In this document: positions 35,739-43,467 of the stretch, one piece after another | How the letters are laid out: every line of letters starts with the position of its first letter | Numbering within the stretch: position 1 is the first letter of the stretch | From: an uncultured Anaerolineae bacterium | GTDB taxonomy: Bacteria > Chloroflexota > Anaerolineae > DAOTYC01 | Length of the DNA stretch: 61,468 nt | Assembly: GCA_964589015.1 (NCBI GenBank) | Contig: CAZPTF010000001.1 | Location: forward strand, 1-61,468 | Reading direction: 5' to 3' | The notes under the pieces: generated by a model | Database searches by the model: none | Told to the model about the DNA's origin: nothing | Seen by the model: the letters and a program-made list of their open reading frames with translations, nothing else | Translations under genes and position numbers: made by a program

Positions 35739-36337
35739 TTGTGTTCTCCTGAAGAAACTGAGCTGAGTCTTTGCGCTCCATGTTGGCCAGCACCAGCCAA
35801 CGAGAGGTGCCGCCGCACTGGCGTTCCGTGAGCTCTGTGTCCACGAGACGGCATCACCCATCCTGGCCTCTCCGACGCCGCCATCGATCGGCCGGGAGTC
35901 CAAGGGACTCTTTGGCTCCCGCCGCCCGTATGGTATTCGGACGCGCGCCGCACCGAATGACGAGCCGCTGACGGCTCGATTCTTCCGTTAGGTCAGCCTA
36001 TCCGTGGCCAGGAACATGGACGCACGTGTCCGTTAAGCCCGGCTGAAGGTGCGTTTCGAAGCTCATCCGGCAGGGAGGGCACTACGCACTGACGACGGCC
36101 AGCTGCGTGAGCTGCACTGCTACCTCCCTACGATCTGAGCCGATCTCGGTTAGACGCTCTGACGGCGGCATGCGATTTTGATGTATCGCCTTGGCGATAG
36201 CACAACCCACTCTTGAGCGAGAATCCGTAGTCGCTGTACCAGGGGACGACTCCATTCCAAGAAAGGGCCTTGCGCGCTGGCCAGCTTCGCGCTACGATGG
36301 ACCGGGAGCCTGGATACACGGAAAGGTGGGTTGGATC

Positions 36338-36640
36338 ATGACTATCAGAATGCGAAGCCCGGTCGCAGTCTTGTCGGCAGCAGCGATCCTGCTCTTCACG
36401 AACTCCCCGGCCCTTGGCCTGTGGGTCGAAGGCAGCAGCATGATCGAGTGGACCTGGTCTCTCAGGACGGAGCACATCACTGGTGCTGCGATCGCGGTGA
36501 TCGCGTTGTTGCTGATATTGTTGCACTCACCTGCCCTGAGGAACGCGCCGCGGCTGCAGCGAGCCCGTCGTTGCCCCGTCTGCGATGAGGAGCTCCGGCC
36601 GAAGGGGCGGTACTGTCCGACGTGTGGGAGTCGAGTTTGA
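36338..36640 (+). CDS. small two-TM protein with a C-terminal zinc ribbon
   Basis: 'VAVLSAAAILLF', 'AAIAVIALLLILL' and 'CPVCDEEL...YCPTCG'. The ATG at 36338 is preceded by 'GAAAGGTGGG'. Confidence 0.6.
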   Translation: MTIRMRSPVAVLSAAAILLFTNSPALGLWVEGSSMIEWTWSLRTEHITGAAIAVIALLLILLHSPALRNAPRLQRARRCPVCDEELRPKGRYCPTCGSRV

Positions 36641-36662
36641 AATGGCGCCGTACTTGGATTGG

Positions 36663-37514
36663 CTACGCGGAGGTCGTGCGCGTTGGATCGCGATCACTGT
36701 CGCCGCTCGCCGTCGAGCCAGCACCACGGGCGTGAAGTTGACGATTGAAGCGAAGCCTCTCCCAAAAACGGCGCAATCGATCCGTGTCCCGTACTGTAAT
36801 CTGCCTGCGAAAGTGAAAGACGTCATTTCGCAATTCGTTGATTCGCTTAAGGTCCGCGTCAACGAGCTCACGCTGGCAGCGGAAGAACGGTTCGAACCTT
36901 GCCCAGCGGTCGCGCGAGCACATGATATCCAGGTATTGGCTAAAGCTCAGGTCCTTCAGGTCGCGGATAGGCTTCGCCTTCGGTTGAGTGAGTTCCTTGA
37001 ACACGTCCTCTCGCTCTTCGTCCGTCAACAGCGTCTCGATGACATCGCGCAGGTCGAGTTCTATTTCGTAAAGGAGCACAAAGGCCTCCGCGAAGTCGTT
37101 CAGCCTACCAAAAACGTCCGCCGTGGTCAGAATGCCGATTAGGTTGTCAGGGGCTCCGACGAGAACGTAGTCAATCCTACTCCAGTCGGTCGCCTTGTCC
37201 GTGTCGATGTACGTCTCGGGCGAAATGAAGACCGGCTCGTCCATGCAATCTCGGACTGTCAACTCCGTCGCGTCGAGCTTATTGCCGCGTAGGTCGAGCG
37301 CCCGCTTGCCGAACGACTGCCACGAGAAGATTCCGCTGATCTCACCTTCGCTGTTCCTCACTGGAATCTGCGAGAAACCCTCGTCGATCATCTGCTCTAA
37401 AGCGCTCCACACCAAGTCGTCTTCATGGGCAATGACCACCTCCTGTCCTGAAGGAAGGAGTGCATGCGCAGGACCGAAGGGGCCTGGCCGGCGATTTGGA
37501 AATCCTCGCGTCAT
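36663..37514 (-). CDS. CBS-pair domain protein with a C-terminal HEPN-like (Rx4H) domain
   Basis: CBS-like 'VVIAHEDDLVWSALEQMIDEGFSQIPVRNSEGEISGIFS' and 'VGAPDNLIGILTTADVF'. C-terminal 'INELRNDVFHFRRQ' fits the R-x4-H HEPN motif. ATGA overlap with the GmrSD stop. Confidence 0.8.
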   Translation of the reverse strand: MTRGFPNRRPGPFGPAHALLPSGQEVVIAHEDDLVWSALEQMIDEGFSQIPVRNSEGEISGIFSWQSFGKRALDLRGNKLDATELTVRDCMDEPVFISPETYIDTDKATDWSRIDYVLVGAPDNLIGILTTADVFGRLNDFAEAFVLLYEIELDLRDVIETLLTDEEREDVFKELTQPKAKPIRDLKDLSFSQYLDIMCSRDRWARFEPFFRCQRELVDADLKRINELRNDVFHFRRQITVRDTDRLRRFWERLRFNRQLHARGAGSTASGDSDRDPTRTTSA

Positions 37515-39607
37515 GTCGTGGCAACCAGATACGCTTGCCTGATCATTGGCAACGCCTTCTCGATGTCGTCTGCTTCACGAATCGGAATCGAAACGCCCCC
37601 TTCATACTGCGCATAGAACAGGAACTTCCACTGTGTGGCATCCTGGGCTATTCCTGATGGATCATCGACCTCGTTAAAATCCAGTGGCAGCAGCAAGTTG
37701 ATGCGGTGTTTCCGAGGGAGCACTTCAAGGAAGAAGCCAGGGGCGTGGTAGCTGACCGACTTCTGCTCGGCTAGCTCGATGATATCACCGTCCATCTCTT
37801 GAATGCGCTTTCTGAGCAACTCGAAGAGCATCCTGGCGATTGTGCTCATCTTCACCTTTGCCACGTCACGTCGTTCCGCGAGTGCTCGCATTTCGATCTG
37901 CTCTGCGGCATCGATGAGCGATTGATCTACGACAAGTCGGGGCCACACCTGCAAAGCTTGCTGCGCCAGCTGCTGGCCGCGACACTGCATCTCATCCGCG
38001 GTCCACTGGGGTTGTTCCCGTACGAATCGATTCAAACGAACAGAGCTCTCTGCGAAGCCGCCGGAGATCGACTTCTTCTCTTCGAATGGCCTATCGGAGT
38101 AGGTGCTGTTGTAACCCGTTAATGTCAGGTTACCGAGGCGGTGCAGCCAATCCTTCTGGACCTCGCGCCATTCCTCCCCCAGCATCTTCCGCCACTCCGG
38201 CGAGAGCTTCTCATTCTGAGGCATGATGTGCTCGATCGAGAACTTGCTCGTATCCGTTGGCTCCTTGTTTCCATGATTTTCCAAGCGATCGAGCAGGTGC
38301 GTGCAGACGCGAAGACCGTACAAGTCGCGTTCCTCTACGGCCTTTCGGAACTCGACATCATCTGGAAACCGATAGTTGTCACGTTGTCGCGCGAGTCCAA
38401 CCGTGAGGCTCTCGAACGGACGGTCCTGGTCGAGGCGATATGCGAGATTCGCGAACGTCTGCCAGTAACCCCGGGTCTGCTCCCCACAGATGGCCCGCCG
38501 GAAGACGTAGCTCTCGATCAGCTCGATGGCTTTGACGAACTCGGCTTCGCTCAGCGTTCCGTTGTGATCGTGCAAATCGTACAACCGCATCACGAGCGTC
38601 GCTGGAACGTCCACCAACCGGCGTAAGCGGGCGAGGGGTTCACGCAGCGCTTGGGCTGCGTCGGCGCCGATGCTGAACGCGGCGTGGTACCGAGCGAAGC
38701 GCAGGAGGTCCTGCAGGAAACCATCGAGGTTCTCAACTTCAGATCCGATCGCCCCAAAAAGCCGGCGGAAAGCGAAGTAAATCTCGTCAGCCTTCTCTTG
38801 CTTGCTGGCTTGGGTGCGGAGGGCGATATAGTCGCGCACGAAGGCGTCGAATGTCTTTTCCGATCCGCGGAAAAGGCTCTCTATCTTGCTCCAGTACGTT
38901 TCGTACAGGCGCGTCTGTTCTCGTTCCGGCAACCGCATCAGGATGAAATTGCGAATCAAGTCAGACTGGCTAAGGTCCATGCCTGTCGAGTTCAGACTCT
39001 CGAAGATCAGCTGCGGATCGTCGGTGCCCCTATCCAGCGTGACGTCAACGACGACGAGGCGTCCGATGCCTTTGTAGACCTCCTCCGGGTCGGCATCGGC
39101 GAGCTGCTCCCGGAAGAAATCGTAGTTGTCGCGGATCCGCTCGGAGGCCTCGGCCGGAAGATCCAGTCCTTCAAGTAGGGCATTCAGCGTGGCTTGGTCG
39201 TGCCTCCGTAGGACCAACTTGTGCTCACGACTCCCTTCCTCTTGCACGTTCTTGAGAAAGTACGCTTCCACGCGCTTGACGGTCGGCCCGTCCTCCGTGC
39301 CCGTCCATTCGATCTCCCGGATGTGGTCCCGGAGCGCTGTAAGCAGTAACGTCAGCGTTGTCACCCGCTGTTGACCATCGATGAGCAGCCACCGCGTGAA
39401 TCCGGCCGATGAGTCCCCTGTGGATACATAAACGACCGAGCCGAGGAAATGCCCACGCTCAGTGGTATCAGACGCAATCTGGAGGATGTCCTTCCACAAC
39501 TGCTCGCACTCGGCTTCGGTCCAGCTGTAGTCCCGCTGAAAGACCGGGATCACGAACTGCGTGGTGCCGTTAATGATCTTTGTGAATGGGCGGTCAATCG
39601 CTTTCAT
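37511..39607 (-). CDS. GmrSD-family type IV restriction enzyme (DUF262 + DUF1524) with an extra C-terminal domain
   Basis: DUF262 'FVIPVFQRDYSWTEAECEQLWKDI'. DUF1524/HNH-like 'FSIEHIMPQN....W...HRLGNLTLTGYN'. Confidence 0.88.
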   Translation of the reverse strand: MKAIDRPFTKIINGTTQFVIPVFQRDYSWTEAECEQLWKDILQIASDTTERGHFLGSVVYVSTGDSSAGFTRWLLIDGQQRVTTLTLLLTALRDHIREIEWTGTEDGPTVKRVEAYFLKNVQEEGSREHKLVLRRHDQATLNALLEGLDLPAEASERIRDNYDFFREQLADADPEEVYKGIGRLVVVDVTLDRGTDDPQLIFESLNSTGMDLSQSDLIRNFILMRLPEREQTRLYETYWSKIESLFRGSEKTFDAFVRDYIALRTQASKQEKADEIYFAFRRLFGAIGSEVENLDGFLQDLLRFARYHAAFSIGADAAQALREPLARLRRLVDVPATLVMRLYDLHDHNGTLSEAEFVKAIELIESYVFRRAICGEQTRGYWQTFANLAYRLDQDRPFESLTVGLARQRDNYRFPDDVEFRKAVEERDLYGLRVCTHLLDRLENHGNKEPTDTSKFSIEHIMPQNEKLSPEWRKMLGEEWREVQKDWLHRLGNLTLTGYNSTYSDRPFEEKKSISGGFAESSVRLNRFVREQPQWTADEMQCRGQQLAQQALQVWPRLVVDQSLIDAAEQIEMRALAERRDVAKVKMSTIARMLFELLRKRIQEMDGDIIELAEQKSVSYHAPGFFLEVLPRKHRINLLLPLDFNEVDDPSGIAQDATQWKFLFYAQYEGGVSIPIREADDIEKALPMIRQAYLVATT

Positions 39608-39811
39608 AGGCGCTCTCTTCTGGATTGCTCATCTTTTGGTGTTCTCTCGCAGCTGTACGCTCATTGAACAGCGTGTTCCTCGTGATTCCACGCATGGATA
39701 AGCGCTCATGGCGAGTCGACAAGCCCGTTCTCGTTAGGAAGTGCCTAGGCGGAGTCGAGATTACTTCAGACTTCTGCACCATGGTATAGAATCCGGTCCG
39801 ACGAGCGGCCA

Positions 39812-40597
39812 TCATGTCCGCTCCGACCTTGCGGGTTCTGGCCAGTCGCCAGCCTCGACACGTTGGCGTATCCGCTCCAAGAGAAGGCGCTCATTGGACC
39901 TCATTAGCACATAGCGGTCGTATGTTCGGCCGCCGTGGCTGCGCCGTTCTGGTTCAAGCCGACGGCTGGCGACGGTGTACGCCTGGTTAAGGCTGTCGAC
40001 GCGTGCCGTCACAACCCCTTCTTCGACTGAAATACGATCGGCATCGATTCTCATCACATCAGCTTCACGTTCCACTGGATAGCAGGTGGAAACCTGAATG
40101 CGTACGTCGGCACGGACGTCACAGCATTCAAGCCTGTCCGCTTTGCCCGGCTTCATTTCAAGCTGGCCCACCAGCCGGACCGTCACGCGCCAGGGCGAAT
40201 CCTTGGCCTGATTGCGAAGCAGGGTGTCGAGTTCGGCGGCCTTTAACGCAACGGCGAAGATCTCGCCCGAGCTAAGGACGAGAAAGCGGTCTCGACTGCT
40301 CTTCCACTGTACGCCGGGCGGTGGCAGTGCTCCAAATCGCGAGCGCACTGTTTCTTCCTCCCGGATCGCGTTCCATGCCCAGTGAAGTTGGCTGTCCGAG
40401 AGCTCGATACTCGTTTCGCGGAACTCTCCTCGCACTCCCGCGGCCCAATTTGAGTAGGCCAAGCCGTTATCTGCGCGTGCAAGGCGCTCAGTCCAATCAA
40501 AACCGGCGGTAATCAGTTGCCCGAGGATGTGACTGTGGTCTTCCATGTTGACTCTTTGGTGATAGTCACCGTGCTGCTCTTCGTTCAGCGCGGCCAT
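39812..40597 (-). CDS. hypothetical protein (261 aa), third gene of the helicase trio
   Basis: The ATG at 40597 lies 1 nt after the upstream TAG, with GGGAG ~9 nt upstream. No motif recognised. Confidence 0.65.
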   Translation of the reverse strand: MAALNEEQHGDYHQRVNMEDHSHILGQLITAGFDWTERLARADNGLAYSNWAAGVRGEFRETSIELSDSQLHWAWNAIREEETVRSRFGALPPPGVQWKSSRDRFLVLSSGEIFAVALKAAELDTLLRNQAKDSPWRVTVRLVGQLEMKPGKADRLECCDVRADVRIQVSTCYPVEREADVMRIDADRISVEEGVVTARVDSLNQAYTVASRRLEPERRSHGGRTYDRYVLMRSNERLLLERIRQRVEAGDWPEPARSERT

Positions 40598-40598
40598 T

Positions 40599-41303
40599 CT
40601 ACGCACTCCCACCGCTAGCCCGCCGGTTCGGTGATTCTCCCCGCCAGGAGAAGTGCAAGAACTCCTCATCCCGCGGCCGAATGGAGCGGTTCCAGCGTGC
40701 CTGTTTCATGTCCCTTAGGAATCTGTGTTCGCACCACAGATGTGGGTAGAAATGCCGAAAGACGAAACGAGAGAATCGCCCGATGCTCACCGGTCCTGCG
40801 ACCGCACAGCGGCAATGCGCCCACAGCATATGCACGTGGGTCGCCGAGTGATCATCATCCTCGTGTTGTGAGTCAAAGTCGAAGCGTAACGGTGTTCGCA
40901 ACCGGAGATAATCCGCCCCTTCGCTCTCATACGTGTCAACAACATCAAGCATCGGGTCCTGTGCCAATAGGGCTGGATCGACGTCATAGGGACATGGATA
41001 GAAGCAGAGCCGATGCCGAACGAGTGTGTTTCCACGAAAATCGTACGAGAGCTGTATCAGGGCCCCGTCCGCCAGAACAACCAAGTAGTCCTGTGACTCC
41101 AGAAGAGCGCGATACTCATCGATGCTCGCGAACGCGAAGTCCGTGAGCCGACCCGTTCTTGCCGCCAAGCGCTGCGAAGTGATCCTAGTCAGACTCGGTT
41201 CGGGATGCTGCGGCACAACGGGATTAGCAGTAAGCGCCACCCCTTGGTTCACCAAGAGGTCGGCATAATCCCGCATCTCCGCCATAAGCTGACTAGGCGT
41301 CAT
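40599..41303 (-). CDS. hypothetical protein (234 aa), possibly DUF2290-like
   Basis: The ATG at 41303 is preceded by 'GGAGTGAGGGGG' and overlaps the helicase stop by 11 nt. It has a His-rich stretch 'HEDDDHSATHVHMLWAHC'. The family guess is from memory and needs an HMM check. Confidence 0.7.
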   Translation of the reverse strand: MTPSQLMAEMRDYADLLVNQGVALTANPVVPQHPEPSLTRITSQRLAARTGRLTDFAFASIDEYRALLESQDYLVVLADGALIQLSYDFRGNTLVRHRLCFYPCPYDVDPALLAQDPMLDVVDTYESEGADYLRLRTPLRFDFDSQHEDDDHSATHVHMLWAHCRCAVAGPVSIGRFSRFVFRHFYPHLWCEHRFLRDMKQARWNRSIRPRDEEFLHFSWRGESPNRRASGGSA

Positions 41304-43437
41304 TTGCCCCCTCACTCCTGAAGAATCGCTTGAGCGCCTCTCGCATCTCAGGGGGCAAACTCTCGATAGCCATGTCCCCGGCCTCAACGGCCTCGACGAA
41401 TTCCTGCAGCGTTTTCTGAACTCGGTCGATCTTCGCCCGTTCGCTGGCAGTCCTTTCCCGATGGATCATCCGCATGCGTGCCAGCTCAGCACCAGTCGGT
41501 ACGGTGAAATCCAGTTTGTAATCATGCGTCCGGACCGCCTCGACTTCCGCGATAAGTTCTTCCATGTCTGCGCCGACTCCGTAGAGGCGAACCCATGCAC
41601 GTGAACGTGTGATCGCAGTAAAGAGGATGTTCCTCACCTTGATGAGCTCGTGGCCGCCGACGCAGTATTGGCTGTTGAGGACGTACACCATCGGCGCCTC
41701 ATTACCCTTCGCGCGATAGATGTTTGCAAGCGCAACAGATCCCTTCGCAAAGATCTCATCGGCACTGGTCGAGACGCCTGCGATATGCGACCGGATGCCG
41801 CGTTGCGCCAACGCATTCATCACGACGGCCGCCCGGCGTTTGGCAGTAAGCACGTTGGGTAGGATGATGAGAATGTCGTCGGGTTCGAGTTCGTCCTCTG
41901 TGAGATTGCGTTGTATTTCCGCCGCGACAGTCTCGGCCTGGTGATTCTCGTCGTCGAGCTTCTGGCAGCGAATTGCATCACCTCGATTCAGATGCGTCGC
42001 AAAATAGGCAGGATAGCTACTCTCCGATCGCTTCAGGCTGACCTGCTCTCCGGGATCGGGGCTTCCATCAAGCACCGTGTATCCGATCTCAGACCACAAG
42101 CCGGGGTCGTCAAACAACTGTACCAAGCCCCCGTCGCGGTAGATTCCGAAGCCAAGCGAGTGAGCGAGCGTCAGAGCCCACGGCGTGTTGCGATAGCAGA
42201 CTGGTAAGGTGATGTCTTGGCGGGGCTCGCCAGCTGTGTTGGCCAACTGGATCCGTGGTCTGCCGGTCGAGTCCTTGCCAAACAGATCTTCGAGGGGCGG
42301 CATGCTCGTGTCGGAGAGATTCTGGAGCTCATCGTACGCCCAGATGAGCCGCTTCGGGTCGTTCGTGAAATCGTACACAAGGTGGAAAAAAGACCACGGA
42401 AGGTCCTGAGCTTCATCTATCAAGACGGCGTCGTAAATCGGTTCGACACTTCGCCCTTTCGTGGCAGACAGAAGTTCCCGGCAAATCCCGTGGAATGCCT
42501 CGTTCATACCGTACGTCGTCTTTGCGTAGAGGTAGTTACGCGGAGGAACGCCGATACTCTCAGCCATCTGGGCGTAAGCGCCCGGCTTGGAAGCGCTGCC
42601 CCAAGCATGGATGATCTTCAGCCGGTCCCAGTTCGGCTCGTCATTCGAATGCTCGAATGAGAAGCGGCGCACCAGATCGGTGAGCTGCTGGTAAAGCGAG
42701 CGCGTGTGGAACGTCAGGGCTATGTTCCAATCGGGGTTCTGCGCATGCAAGTAAGCAGCCTTCAGCGCCAGGACGACGGTCTTGCCGGATCCAGCCAACC
42801 CACGAATGCGTTGCGGGCCGATCGGTGTTTCGATCGCCGCTCGCTTTTGCCACTGATCGAGATTCGCGATTTCTCGCTCGATTTCGCGCATGATGGCGCC
42901 GCGCGAATCGCCACGAGTTAATTTGGCTCGCTTCTTGCTTGGCTTGATCGTCGTGACCCGCTGGAGTGCGGCGTTGAGTGGACGCTGGTACTGGGCGTCA
43001 AACTGCTCAGAGTTGCCCAACACCGCGCTGAGGTTCCCTGGCCCTGCCACCACCAGATCACGACCAGCGGGGACCTGGAGATTGTCCGGGAAGAAGCTGA
43101 TCACGTTGATTGGTATGGCCAGATCGCGTCGGTGACGCAGCGCCAGGTGCCGCCCCAGGTTCGTCTGCATGGCGAAGTAGAGGGTGTCCTGCTTCTCCTG
43201 CACGCGATCCCAGAATTCATCGTTCGGCGGCTGGCCTGCTCCATTGCCCACGGCGAACACGACCAAACCAAACTGATCGCATACGAGCAGCGCCTCGACG
43301 AAGATGCTCTCATCCGCGGACGACAGGACCGGGTAGCCGATGTAAAGCGTGCCATCGACGTTGAACCCCTCGATCAACTCGACGAGCTGATTCGTCACCA
43401 TCGGGTTCTTCGTCTGACCGTATACGACTTCAAGCAT
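41293..43437 (-). CDS. superfamily-1 (UvrD/DUF2075-like) helicase with a degenerate NERD-like N-terminal domain
   Basis: Walker A 'GLAGSGKTVVLA', 'VLIDEAQDLP', and C-terminal 'LFTAITRSRAWV'. The ATG at 43437 is preceded by AAAGG; the ORF opens with GTG at 43446. Confidence 0.88.
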   Translation of the reverse strand: MLEVVYGQTKNPMVTNQLVELIEGFNVDGTLYIGYPVLSSADESIFVEALLVCDQFGLVVFAVGNGAGQPPNDEFWDRVQEKQDTLYFAMQTNLGRHLALRHRRDLAIPINVISFFPDNLQVPAGRDLVVAGPGNLSAVLGNSEQFDAQYQRPLNAALQRVTTIKPSKKRAKLTRGDSRGAIMREIEREIANLDQWQKRAAIETPIGPQRIRGLAGSGKTVVLALKAAYLHAQNPDWNIALTFHTRSLYQQLTDLVRRFSFEHSNDEPNWDRLKIIHAWGSASKPGAYAQMAESIGVPPRNYLYAKTTYGMNEAFHGICRELLSATKGRSVEPIYDAVLIDEAQDLPWSFFHLVYDFTNDPKRLIWAYDELQNLSDTSMPPLEDLFGKDSTGRPRIQLANTAGEPRQDITLPVCYRNTPWALTLAHSLGFGIYRDGGLVQLFDDPGLWSEIGYTVLDGSPDPGEQVSLKRSESSYPAYFATHLNRGDAIRCQKLDDENHQAETVAAEIQRNLTEDELEPDDILIILPNVLTAKRRAAVVMNALAQRGIRSHIAGVSTSADEIFAKGSVALANIYRAKGNEAPMVYVLNSQYCVGGHELIKVRNILFTAITRSRAWVRLYGVGADMEELIAEVEAVRTHDYKLDFTVPTGAELARMRMIHRERTASERAKIDRVQKTLQEFVEAVEAGDMAIESLPPEMREALKRFFRSEGANDA

Positions 43438-43467
43438 CGTAAGCACCTTTCAAATGGCCACCGGTCG

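Noticed and set aside
39594-39815. A 73-codon minus-strand ORF bridging the helicase trio and GmrSD, with an ATGA overlap upstream and a 14-nt overlap downstream.
   Set aside because: It is not called as a gene. It has no motif, the DNA is lower-GC and intergenic-looking, and the peptide is basic and low-complexity. It is kept only as a caveat, because its overlaps would make the array gapless. Ribo-seq would settle it.
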